NCBI GenBank assembly: GCA_041661665.1
Contig: JBAZTW010000002.1
Span: 62,764-126,763, forward strand
Direction: 5' to 3'
DNA: 64,000 nt
Source of the DNA: Phycisphaerae bacterium
GTDB lineage: Bacteria > Planctomycetota > Phycisphaerae > Sedimentisphaerales > UBA12454
Position numbers and translations under genes: made by a program. The notes under the pieces are model-generated. The model did no database searches, was not told where the DNA came from, and saw only the letters and a list, made by a program, of their open reading frames with translations. Within the stretch, counting starts at the first letter, position 1. The number at the start of each line of letters is the position of its first letter. Positions 53,460 through 62,425 of this stretch are shown piece by piece.

Positions 53460-54332
53460 TTAAACTTTCAGACCGTAATCAGCCAGCAGTTTTTTAAGTT
53501 CTTCTTTCTGGCCGGCGGTCAGCGGTGTCATCGGCAGCCGCATTTCTTCCGAAGCCATACCAAGCAGGGCGATGGCAGCCTTTACCGGTATCGGGTTTGT
53601 GGCCATACTTAGCATCGTCCGCGAAAGCTTGAACAGCTTGTTATGCCATTTTCTTGCTGATACAAAATCACCCTCTAAAATCAAATCCATCATCGCCTTT
53701 ACATCGGTTGGCACGATGTTAGCAACGACACTGATAACGCCCTTGCCGCCAACCGAGCAAATCGGCAGGGTGAGCGAGTCGTCGCCCGACAGAATCGTAA
53801 TATCGCAGGAATTTGCTATATCGCTTGAAACGTCCAATTGGCCGGTCGCCTCTTTAACCGCGACGATATTTTCAATTTGAGCAAGTCTGGCTATTGTCGC
53901 AGCAGTCATACCGGCTCCGCATCTGCCGGGGATATTGTAAAGAATTATCGGCAAATCCACTTCCTCGGCTATCGCTGCGAAGTGCTGATAAAAACCTTCC
54001 TGTGTCGGCTTGTTGTAGTAGGGCGTAACCTGCAATGAAGCGTCCGCTCCGGCCTTACGCGCAAATGCGGTCAATTCAATCGCCTCAGCGGTGCTGTTTG
54101 AGCCTGTTCCCGCGATTACAGGAACTTTGCCGTTAGCGACTTTTACAACCCGTTCGATTACCTGTTTGTGTTCGGTGTGGCTAAGTGTCGGCGATTCGCC
54201 GGTTGTGCCGCAGGGGACAATACCATCAATGCCGCTTTTTATTTGAAATTCGACTAATTCATCAAGCGTATTGAAATCGACCTGGCCGTTATCAAACGGC
54301 GTTATGAGAGCTACCATTGCTCCGGTGAACAT
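53460..54332 (-). CDS. dapA: 4-hydroxy-tetrahydrodipicolinate synthase
   Basis: 290 aa. GAMVALITPF, GTTGESPTL, YNIPGR motifs. Confidence 0.95.
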   Translation of the reverse strand: MFTGAMVALITPFDNGQVDFNTLDELVEFQIKSGIDGIVPCGTTGESPTLSHTEHKQVIERVVKVANGKVPVIAGTGSNSTAEAIELTAFARKAGADASLQVTPYYNKPTQEGFYQHFAAIAEEVDLPIILYNIPGRCGAGMTAATIARLAQIENIVAVKEATGQLDVSSDIANSCDITILSGDDSLTLPICSVGGKGVISVVANIVPTDVKAMMDLILEGDFVSARKWHNKLFKLSRTMLSMATNPIPVKAAIALLGMASEEMRLPMTPLTAGQKEELKKLLADYGLKV

Positions 54333-54344
54333 TTTACAAACTCC

Positions 54345-55082
54345 TTACGAATTTTCTTTCAGTATTTTACAGTATGCCTTGACGGCGTTTGCCAGACCCA
54401 TATCGAGCGCATCAGCGATAAGAGCGTGCCCTATGGAAACTTCCATTACCGGCCTTACCTTTTTACAGAAATAGCCGAGATTGTCAAGGTTCAAATCGTG
54501 GCCGGCATTCACGCCGAGGCCGATTTCGGCGGCTTTTTTAGCTGCCGCGGCATAATCCGCAGTCAGGGATTCGAGGTCTTTTTTCTGGGCAAAAGCAGCC
54601 GCAAAAGGCTCGGTATAAAGTTCTATACGGTCTGCACCAATTTTTTTGGCCTTTTCGACCATCTCAATTACAGGGTTCACAAAGAGACTTACCCTTATGC
54701 CCAGCGATTTCAGTTTTTCGATGACCGGCAGGAGTCTTTCGCAGTTTTTATCGTTCAAATCCCAGCCGTGGTCAGAGGTATTCTGACCTGGCATATCAGG
54801 AACCAAAGTGGCCTGTGTCGGACGTATTTGGGGCATTAAGTCCATATATTTGCCTGTAAATGGATTGCCTTCGATATTAAACTCAACCCGGCTTACGACA
54901 TTCTTCAGTTCGTGAACATCGGAATATCTTATGTGCCGCTCATCAGGCCGGGGGTGGACGGTAATGCCATAAGCGCCAGCGGAAATACAGGTCGCGGCAG
55001 CATTAACCACGCTTGGAATACCCAGCGAACGGGAATTGCGAACGAGAGCTATCTTATTCAAATTTACGCTTAAATGTGTCAT
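54345..55082 (-). CDS. pdxJ: Pyridoxine 5'-phosphate synthase
   Basis: 245 aa. LSVNLNKIALVRNSR start, TVHPRPDERH and EVSIGHALI motifs. Confidence 0.9.
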   Translation of the reverse strand: MTHLSVNLNKIALVRNSRSLGIPSVVNAAATCISAGAYGITVHPRPDERHIRYSDVHELKNVVSRVEFNIEGNPFTGKYMDLMPQIRPTQATLVPDMPGQNTSDHGWDLNDKNCERLLPVIEKLKSLGIRVSLFVNPVIEMVEKAKKIGADRIELYTEPFAAAFAQKKDLESLTADYAAAAKKAAEIGLGVNAGHDLNLDNLGYFCKKVRPVMEVSIGHALIADALDMGLANAVKAYCKILKENS

Positions 55083-55445
55083 CGTGGGTTAGTTTATACA
55101 GCAGCCAATAGCCGGTAGTCAATAGCCAATAGAAATTAGCTTCGCCGTGTGATATGCCTTTATTGAGCGTAGAACAAACCTGAATGAAACATAACATATA
55201 TTATAGGACGTTGATGGTAATGCAAAATCTTGGCTTTTAAGCTTCTATTTAGACACTAATACAACATTCGACTTTTCATCCTGAGCAACTGTGTACGCTC
55301 ATTCATCTTTATTTAATAGAATAGAAAATCGGTAATCTTAAGAAATTTATCGGAATTTAGCCTTGCAAAACACACCTTAAACCAATTATAATTATCTATC
55401 AGTTATATCCTTCAAATGTAAATTACTTTTTTTTGGAGAAACACT

Positions 55446-55826
55446 ATGAAAAGGATTGGAATTGGACTGTTTGTTTGTGCCGCTGTTTGTATCGCTATTG
55501 GTTTCGCAGGCTGTACCAACAAGGCCGATGAAAACAAGCCCCTTAGTGAAGTACAGGCTGATGCTCAAAAAATGGATGTTGAGCAGTTGAAAGCAATGGC
55601 AACAAAATACAAAGAGGCCATTACAGCTAAAAAGGCGGATGTGGACAAGGTTATGGCCAAGATGAAAGATGTACCCCTTGCCGATGCTATGGGCAAAGAA
55701 GCTACATCGCTAAAGCAGGAAGTTGATGCTCTCGCCAAGTCCATAAAGGCGCTCAACGAGCGTTTTGACGTTTATTACAACAAGCTCGTTGAAAAAGGCG
55801 CGGATGTTTCAGGACTGAGCATTTAA
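55446..55826 (+). CDS. Small coiled-coil lipoprotein, unknown function
   Basis: Lipobox IGFAGC, Lys/Ala/Glu-rich helical sequence. GGAGA Shine-Dalgarno upstream. Confidence 0.6.
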   Translation: MKRIGIGLFVCAAVCIAIGFAGCTNKADENKPLSEVQADAQKMDVEQLKAMATKYKEAITAKKADVDKVMAKMKDVPLADAMGKEATSLKQEVDALAKSIKALNERFDVYYNKLVEKGADVSGLSI

Positions 55827-55954
55827 TCAGCTTCTTTTCTTGGATAAATCGCTTATTTTGCCATAAATAAGGCTTTTTTGTTGACAGTTAAGCCTTATAA
55901 CCTATAATGACTTGGCGTATTTTTTAATTAACGCTGGCTTTGCGGAGCGGGTCT

Positions 55955-57724
55955 ATGAAGAATTGTAAAATTTTGGTCTTATTAGGTTGTGTATTTCTGA
56001 GTACGGCAGTTTTTGCCGAACAACTGCGGGATGACTGGAACGACTTCCTGCATTATACGGTCATTGGTCGATTCGACCTTGCCGCCGGCTTTGCCCAGAA
56101 AATTATCGACAGCAACGCCAACCCGGTTGAACTGCTTCGGCTCAGCGAAGAAAATCCCCGCGGCTACGCCATTGTTGTAAAGGTTCACGCAAACAACCCG
56201 CAGCTTGCGCCCCTTGCGGAAAAAATCCTCGGCATCATAGAGCAAGGCCGATTCGCAAGACGCACTGATTCTGAAATTATCGTTGAGGAAGTCAAAAGGC
56301 TCAGCGGCACTGTTCGAGGCAAATACACCGCCATCGAAAGACTTCGCAACGCCGGTGAATACGCCATCCCATATATGGTTGACGCAATGGCTGACCAGAA
56401 TCGCAAGGCCGAGTTCCCAAACATTACGACCGCCCTGCCTGAAGTCGGAAAATCCGCAATTAGACCTCTTGCCGCCGCCCTTGCGATGGACAATCTGATT
56501 GTCAAAGCCGAAATAATAAAAGCTATGGGCAAAATCGGCTATCCAGAATCGCTTGGCTATCTGAAATACATCGCGGAAAAAGATTCTTCACAGCAGCTTC
56601 GCCAGCTTGCTCTTGAAAGCATCGGCCAGATTGATTCTTCCGCATCAGCTAAAACAGCGGCGGAGCTTTTCTTCCAGACCGCCGAAAATTATTACTATAA
56701 AGCCGATTCTCTGATGCCGGCATCAGATGTCAATTTTGCCAATATATGGTTCTGGAGCAAAGAATCAAACGGCCTGGTAAAAGAAGCAATCAGCAGAACT
56801 TATTTCAGCGAAATGATGACTATGCGCTGCTGCGAGCTTTCTTTACAGGCAAATCCAGACTTCGGTGAGGCTATTTCGCTGTGGATTGCGGCGTTCTTTC
56901 GTGCCGAAGGCATAAGTAAGGTTTATCCAAAATATTTCGGCCAGGGCCACGCTAATGCGATGACTTACGCCACAACCGCAGGAGCCGAATATCTGCACAG
57001 CGCTCTTGCCCGCGCGGTTAAGGATAAGGATGCCGTTATTGCCCTGGGTGTGGTTGAGTCGCTCGTTCGCAACGCCGGCGAAAAATCACTTATGTACAGA
57101 CTGAAAACTTCCCAGCCTCTGATTGATGCCCTGACCTTTGACGACAGAGCCGTCAGATTCAGCGCTGCTATCGCTATTTCTCTGGCGGGGCCTGCCGAGC
57201 CGTTTAAGGAAAGCTCATTAGTTGTCAAAAATCTTGCTGAAGCGATTTCAGCCCCTGCCGATGAAAAATGGCAGAAAGACACCGCTGATACTTACGCAAT
57301 TAGAGCCTGCGATGCGATGCTCAAACTTGCTCAGACAAAAAATCAGGTCATAGACCTTTCAGCCGCCCTTTCGCAGCTTGTCTCTGCCACAAAAGATTCG
57401 AGAAATGAAATTAAAATTTTTGCCGCTCAGATACTCGCTTATCTTTCCAGCCCGGATGCTCAAAGGGCAATCGCGGATATGGCGATTATGGACAGCAATC
57501 AAACCGACGTTAAAATTGCTGCTTTTGATTCTCTTGCAGTCTCAGCAAAGGTCAACGCCAATCTGCTGCGGGACGAGCAGGTTAATCAGATATACTTGAT
57601 TGTTCAGTCAACAACGATAGATACCGAGTTGCGTTCAAGCGCAGCGGCTGCATTTGGTGCGTTGAATCTGCCGAGCAGAAAGGTAAAGGATTTGATACTT
57701 TACCAGGCAAAAACCAGCCTCTGA
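55955..57724 (+). CDS. Secreted HEAT-repeat protein
   Basis: Signal peptide MKNCKILVLLGCVFLSTAVFA. Repeated A...LG.IG...A...L HEAT/PBS-lyase-like units (for example IIKAMGKIGYPESLGYL). Confidence 0.6.
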   Translation: MKNCKILVLLGCVFLSTAVFAEQLRDDWNDFLHYTVIGRFDLAAGFAQKIIDSNANPVELLRLSEENPRGYAIVVKVHANNPQLAPLAEKILGIIEQGRFARRTDSEIIVEEVKRLSGTVRGKYTAIERLRNAGEYAIPYMVDAMADQNRKAEFPNITTALPEVGKSAIRPLAAALAMDNLIVKAEIIKAMGKIGYPESLGYLKYIAEKDSSQQLRQLALESIGQIDSSASAKTAAELFFQTAENYYYKADSLMPASDVNFANIWFWSKESNGLVKEAISRTYFSEMMTMRCCELSLQANPDFGEAISLWIAAFFRAEGISKVYPKYFGQGHANAMTYATTAGAEYLHSALARAVKDKDAVIALGVVESLVRNAGEKSLMYRLKTSQPLIDALTFDDRAVRFSAAIAISLAGPAEPFKESSLVVKNLAEAISAPADEKWQKDTADTYAIRACDAMLKLAQTKNQVIDLSAALSQLVSATKDSRNEIKIFAAQILAYLSSPDAQRAIADMAIMDSNQTDVKIAAFDSLAVSAKVNANLLRDEQVNQIYLIVQSTTIDTELRSSAAAAFGALNLPSRKVKDLILYQAKTSL

Positions 57725-57780
57725 TTTTCTTTAAAAGTGGTTGTTTTGCCTGTACTATGCCCCCGCAGCGAGGTGCCAGT

Positions 57781-58080
57781 ATGGCTAAAATTACCGAAAA
57801 AACCGGCAAAATTGACGAAAAAGAACGCAAAAATGCGATAAGCGATTTCGTCAAAACTCTCTCGGCTGAACACAGAATGCTGATTATACTTAAAAGTCAG
57901 CTCTATGGCGGCGATTGGGACCCGATGTACAATGATTTGAAAAATCGCCTTGATGGAAAACCGTATATTTTCAAACTGGCAAATCGCATTAACGATGACA
58001 TTGAGAGAATCGAAAAAATGAGACAGTTTGAGCGGCAGTTTGACTGCAATCTCTGCGATTTTGTAGATTCAGTTGAATAA
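57781..58080 (+). CDS. Small hypothetical protein
   Basis: 99 aa from ATG at 57781 (GAGGTG Shine-Dalgarno 6 nt upstream). The track ORF begins at 57757. No family recognised. Confidence 0.45.
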   Translation: MAKITEKTGKIDEKERKNAISDFVKTLSAEHRMLIILKSQLYGGDWDPMYNDLKNRLDGKPYIFKLANRINDDIERIEKMRQFERQFDCNLCDFVDSVE

Positions 58081-58084
58081 TAGC

Positions 58085-58133
58085 TTCGGCCAATGGCCGA
58101 ATCCTCATTTTTGATTTTTTATCTTTGATTTTT
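58085..58133 (+). terminator. GC hairpin + T-rich low-complexity tail (terminator-like repeat module)
   Basis: TTCGGCC-AAT-GGCCGAA, then TCCTCATTTTTGATTTTTTATCTTTGATTTTT. Starts 5 nt after the stop codon. Confidence 0.55.
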
Positions 58134-58152
58134 AAAAAATAGGAGCTATACG

Positions 58153-59223
58153 TTGAAGAACTTTAGTTTTATTTGTTTATTTGTTGTTATATTTTCTGCG
58201 ACTGTTTACGGCGGAGGTATCAGCGAAAAACTTCTAAATCAGGCCGGTCTTTCGACCGTCTGGCAAACCGCTGTCGCTCTGGATGCTGGAGAGAACATTC
58301 AGAGAATAGACATTCTCGGCGATTATATCTATATATTAACAGGCACAAATTATTTATTCTGTCTCGACAGAAACACCGGCAAACTAAGTTTTTCCGCAAC
58401 CGTCGCCCTGCCGAAAATGCCGGCCTCGGCTCCTTCATCTTATAAAAACACAGCTTATATTGTCGCCGAAAATAAACTTATCGCTTTTGACATTCTGCAA
58501 AGGACTGAAATTTCCAGAATTATTTTGCCTATGCCTGTTTCTGCTGCCGTAGCCGCTAACGAAAAATACCTCTATTTGCCGGGTATGGACAAAAGATTGC
58601 ACATCCTCGATGCTAACAGCGGGCATGAACTTTTCAAAGTTACCGCTGATAATTTCTCAGGCATTACCAGCATTTCGGCAACCGAAACCTCCGTCATTTT
58701 CGCCACAGCCGGTGGAAATGTAATATGTATGGAAGCCTCATCGCCGAAACGGATTTGGCAGTTTAACGCCGTCGGTGGAATTGTTGCTCCGCTCGCTTCA
58801 GCGTCAAACTATATATACGCAGCCAGCAAAGACACTAACCTTTACAAAATAGATCCCAACAGCGGAAAAATGGTATGGAACTTCCCATTCCACGCCGGCT
58901 CTGCTCTTACAACCCAGCCAAGAGCAACACAGACGACCGTTTATCAGTACGCCGAAAATAAAGGTGTTTACGCCATAGATGCCGACAGCGGAAAACAGCT
59001 TTGGCTCTTGCCAGATGGCACAGACCTGCTCGCAGAAAACGGCAGCACCGCATATATTATGGACAAAAATAACAACTGCGTCGCGATGGATAACCGGCAG
59101 GCCAAAAAGATTTGTATAATAAATTTCGCTCCAGTAACCGCTTATGCCGCCAATACCGCTGACGCGAAGATTTATATAATGGACGGCAAAAACATTTCCT
59201 GTATCGCCCCGGCTGCAAAATAA
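58153..59223 (+). CDS. PQQ-like beta-propeller repeat protein (BamB-like fold), secreted
   Basis: Signal peptide. Recurrent L..LD..TGK..W-type blades (LFCLDRNTGKL, LHILDANSGHELF, LYKIDPNSGKMVW, VYAIDADSGKQLW). TTG start. Confidence 0.7.
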   Translation: MKNFSFICLFVVIFSATVYGGGISEKLLNQAGLSTVWQTAVALDAGENIQRIDILGDYIYILTGTNYLFCLDRNTGKLSFSATVALPKMPASAPSSYKNTAYIVAENKLIAFDILQRTEISRIILPMPVSAAVAANEKYLYLPGMDKRLHILDANSGHELFKVTADNFSGITSISATETSVIFATAGGNVICMEASSPKRIWQFNAVGGIVAPLASASNYIYAASKDTNLYKIDPNSGKMVWNFPFHAGSALTTQPRATQTTVYQYAENKGVYAIDADSGKQLWLLPDGTDLLAENGSTAYIMDKNNNCVAMDNRQAKKICIINFAPVTAYAANTADAKIYIMDGKNISCIAPAAK

Positions 59224-59252
59224 AAATATATCAGGGAAGAAAGACGATTCAA

Positions 59253-60863
59253 ATGGATGTGAAAATCAGCACCGCCTTAATCAGCGTATCAGACAAAACC
59301 GGCATCGTTGACTTTGCAAAGAGCCTTTCAGCAATGGGCGTTAAAATTATCAGTACCGGTGGAACCGCGAAAGCCCTCGCACAGGCCGGCATAAACGTCG
59401 TAAGCGTCGATTCAGTTACCGGCTTCCCCGAAATGATGGATGGCAGAGTAAAAACTCTCCACCCCAAAATCCACGGCGGACTGCTCAGTATCCGCGACAA
59501 CGCCGAACATCAGGCCGCGATGAAAAAACACGCCATCGAGCCGATTGACCTTGTCTGCATAAACCTTTATCCGTTTGAACAGACCATCGCAAAGCCCGAT
59601 TGCAAATTTGCGGATGCCATAGAAAATATCGACATCGGCGGACCAAGTATGGTTCGCTCGGCTGCGAAAAATCATAAATTTGTAACCGTCGTTACAAACT
59701 CCACCCAATATGAAAAGGTAATCGCAGAGATGAAAGCAAACAAAGGCTCGGTGAGTGAAGCAACACGAACTGACTTTGCCAGAATCGCCTTCGGTATGAC
59801 GGCATCCTACGATTCAGCCATCTCAAAATACCTCAATAAACAGGCAGGCGTAAGCTATCCTGAGCGAATGACAATATCGCTTGCCAAAACGATGGAACTT
59901 CGCTACGGCGAAAATCCGCACCAGAGCGGAGCATTTTATAAACTTCCAGCAAATTCTGAAATGAGTGTGTCCTCCGCAAAACTTATGGAAGACGAAACTC
60001 AAATCAGCTTCAACAATCTGCTCGATGCCAATGCCGCCTTTGAATTAGTCAAGGAATTTTCAGAGCCTGCCGCCGTTGTCGTCAAACATCTGAACCCCTG
60101 CGGCTGCGCCGTTGACGATGACATTCACAAGGCCTATCAAAAAGCCTATGAAACCGACGTAACAAGCGCATTCGGCGGCATCATTGCACTGAACAGAAAC
60201 GTTGATAAAGCTCTTGCCACTACAATTATGGAATCTTATTCGCTCTTCGGCAAAGCAAAGGGAGCGGCTGGATTTTTCGCTGAGGTCATTATCGCCCCTG
60301 AATTCTCCGCAGAGGCTCTGGAAATTATACGCAATCTAAAACCCTGGGGCAAACGAGTAAGACTTATGGAAACAGGCGCAATCGACCGTATGAAAATTGA
60401 CTGCGGCGAATTTGACATCCGCTGTATTATCGGCGGAATGCTGCTCCAGCAAAGAGACCTCGCAGGCTGGGAGCCGCAAAATCTCACATATCCCACAAAA
60501 GTAAAGCCCGACAAAAAACAGCTTGAGGATTTGAGAATCGCCTGGCTCTGCGCAAAGCACGTCAAGAGCAACACTATCACGCTTGTCAAAAATAAAAAAC
60601 TCATCGGCGTTGGAGCCGGCCAAATGAATCGTGTCGAATCAGGTCTGCTCGCCTTCAAAGGCGCAGGCAGCGAAGCAAAAGGCTCTGCCATGGGCTCGGA
60701 TGCTTTCTTCCCATTCCCGGACAATATCGAAAATGCCGCACAGCACGGCGTTGCCTGCATAATCCAGCCGGGCGGCTCTAAGAAAGACGATGAAATCATC
60801 GCCGCCGCTGACAAACACGGCATCGCTATGGTCTTCACCGGCAAACGGCACTTTAAACACTAA
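59253..60863 (+). CDS. purH: Bifunctional AICAR transformylase / IMP cyclohydrolase
   Basis: 536 aa. ALISVSDKTG, TGGTAK, VKTLHPKIHGG and C-terminal FFPF.D motifs. Confidence 0.95.
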   Translation: MDVKISTALISVSDKTGIVDFAKSLSAMGVKIISTGGTAKALAQAGINVVSVDSVTGFPEMMDGRVKTLHPKIHGGLLSIRDNAEHQAAMKKHAIEPIDLVCINLYPFEQTIAKPDCKFADAIENIDIGGPSMVRSAAKNHKFVTVVTNSTQYEKVIAEMKANKGSVSEATRTDFARIAFGMTASYDSAISKYLNKQAGVSYPERMTISLAKTMELRYGENPHQSGAFYKLPANSEMSVSSAKLMEDETQISFNNLLDANAAFELVKEFSEPAAVVVKHLNPCGCAVDDDIHKAYQKAYETDVTSAFGGIIALNRNVDKALATTIMESYSLFGKAKGAAGFFAEVIIAPEFSAEALEIIRNLKPWGKRVRLMETGAIDRMKIDCGEFDIRCIIGGMLLQQRDLAGWEPQNLTYPTKVKPDKKQLEDLRIAWLCAKHVKSNTITLVKNKKLIGVGAGQMNRVESGLLAFKGAGSEAKGSAMGSDAFFPFPDNIENAAQHGVACIIQPGGSKKDDEIIAAADKHGIAMVFTGKRHFKH

Positions 60864-60920
60864 TAAACAGTTGGCGGATGGAACTTTTGCTTTACAATAA
60901 TTGGCCGACTGGTTATATTC

Positions 60921-61023
60921 AGGACAAAGGAGGCAAAGAGGTAAGGAATCAAGGATTTTACAGAGCCGCGACAGTACTATAGCGGTAAATCCTTATTTCT
61001 TTACATCTTTATTTCCTTATTTT
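60921..61023. repeat. Imperfect long palindrome of purine-rich and pyrimidine-rich low-complexity arms directly upstream of tRNA-Thr
   Basis: Left arm AGGACAAAGGAGGCAAAGAGGTAAGGAATCAAGGATTT. Centre contains CAGAGCCGCGACAG and a CCGC..GCGG stem. Right arm AAATCCTTATTTCTTTACATCTTTATTTCCTTATTTT. Confidence 0.65.
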
Positions 61024-61025
61024 GT

Positions 61026-61097
61026 GCCGATGTAGCTCAATGGTAGAGCACGGCTTTCGTAAAGCCGGGGTTATGGGTTCAAGTCCCGTCATCGGCT
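61026..61097 (+). tRNA. tRNA-Thr (anticodon CGU)
   Basis: 72 nt, folded by hand: acceptor GCCGATG/CATCGGC, D arm GCTC-AATGGTA-GAGC, anticodon arm CGGCT-TTCGTAA-AGCCG (CGT), variable GGGTT, T arm ATGGG-TTCAAGT-CCCGT, discriminator T. No encoded CCA. Confidence 0.9.
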
Positions 61098-61105
61098 TTA
61101 TGTGT

Positions 61106-62413
61106 TTAGTTCGTCAGTCCCGCAATTGCGGCACCGATTAGCGTGGCATTATCAACGCTGATAATTTCCCAGTAAATCCCAACCTCATTTTCAAGATACT
61201 GCTTGAGGTAGAATTCAATCCTGCTTTTCAATCCTTTCATCTGATAAAACGTCGTGCCTTCCGCAACAATACACATAGGTTTATCCGGGCGAGTATCACA
61301 ACCGGATTTAATCGCCATTGCTGAAAGATTTATCGCCGCCAGCTTTGCCGCTCGCTCAATCATTCTGTCCGCCAGATAATACATCTTAACCGCATCATCG
61401 TTGTCTCCGTTTTTGCATGCTATTGCCAAAGGATTTTCATCATACGGATAAAACATAAAATCATTTAGCTGCTTAGTTTCAAGCCCCCGCATTTGCGAAA
61501 TCGCTTTAGCCGCATCGCTCGAAAACAAACCGTCATCGCAGGCCTTTTGAATTGTCGCAAAACATATCGCCCCCAAATATGCGCCTGAAATCATTTTCTC
61601 GAATATATGTTCTCCGGGATTAGCCGTAGTCTTGTCAAATTCCTTATCAATCGTCCCTCTTTGACAACGCGAAAAATTCGCCGACTCCGCATTAATAATC
61701 TGCCCTCGAAGCAAATCGGGGCCTTTTTGTTTTTTGATATTGCTGTTCTTTTCCACATAACAGCAGTTTGTCCCCGTGCCGAGAATGAAACCAAGATAAC
61801 CGCTGAATATTCTGTTGTTATATCCCACGCCGGCCAGAAGCGTCGCCACTGTATCGTTCAAAATTACGATATGCTTATCGCCGCCTGATTTCATCTCAGC
61901 CATAGCACGATTAAGATTTTCACCGATTAACTGCCCTGCAACATCTTTGGCTTTGACCTCTTTTGTTAGACGAATAAGTTTACCGTCTCTATTGGGTAAA
62001 ATTTCCGACGGGTATGAAAAACAAAAACCGATATTCTCCGATGTTCCAGCAACATCCTTAACATAATCCGCCATTGCTCTAAAAAATTCATCCCTACTCA
62101 CCTGCCGCTGTACGCCGGGCATTTGATACTTTTTAATATTTTCCACGACGGGCTGTTTTTGCTCATCAAAGCGAACGACAGCAACTCGAAAATTTGTTCC
62201 ACCGGCATCTATAACTATAACAGGCTTGTTGGCCGGAACATCCGAGCCGACTTCGATATAGGTCGGTATCATTTCAAGGCTGCTCTTTTGCCCGTCAAGT
62301 CCCTTTCGCATTTCATCGAGAAACGCCTTTATATTCGTCTCAATATCGACGCTCAGATAGTCCATCTGATATTTATCGAGAAATTTTAATACGTCGTTTT
62401 TTATCTTGTCCAT
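61106..62413 (-). CDS. Hexokinase-family (eukaryote-type) sugar kinase
   Basis: 435 aa. VIDAGGTNFRVAVV, GFCFSYP, LNDTVATLLAG and LGTGTNCCYVE correspond to hexokinase phosphate-1, sugar-binding and connect motifs. Confidence 0.85.
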   Translation of the reverse strand: MDKIKNDVLKFLDKYQMDYLSVDIETNIKAFLDEMRKGLDGQKSSLEMIPTYIEVGSDVPANKPVIVIDAGGTNFRVAVVRFDEQKQPVVENIKKYQMPGVQRQVSRDEFFRAMADYVKDVAGTSENIGFCFSYPSEILPNRDGKLIRLTKEVKAKDVAGQLIGENLNRAMAEMKSGGDKHIVILNDTVATLLAGVGYNNRIFSGYLGFILGTGTNCCYVEKNSNIKKQKGPDLLRGQIINAESANFSRCQRGTIDKEFDKTTANPGEHIFEKMISGAYLGAICFATIQKACDDGLFSSDAAKAISQMRGLETKQLNDFMFYPYDENPLAIACKNGDNDDAVKMYYLADRMIERAAKLAAINLSAMAIKSGCDTRPDKPMCIVAEGTTFYQMKGLKSRIEFYLKQYLENEVGIYWEIISVDNATLIGAAIAGLTN

Positions 62414-62425
62414 AATTAAATCTTG

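Noticed and set aside
53253-53612. 119-aa ORF sharing the peptide MFDCQFLE with ORF 866..1219
   Set aside because: The shared peptide comes from the MITE-like element present at both loci. One ORF overlaps dapA antisense and the other overlaps the URO-D-like gene antisense, and neither has coding context.
60864-62413. tRNA-Thr as an integration hotspot or genomic-island boundary
   Set aside because: No integrase, no direct repeat of the tRNA 3' end, and no compositional shift in the adjacent hexokinase and galE genes.
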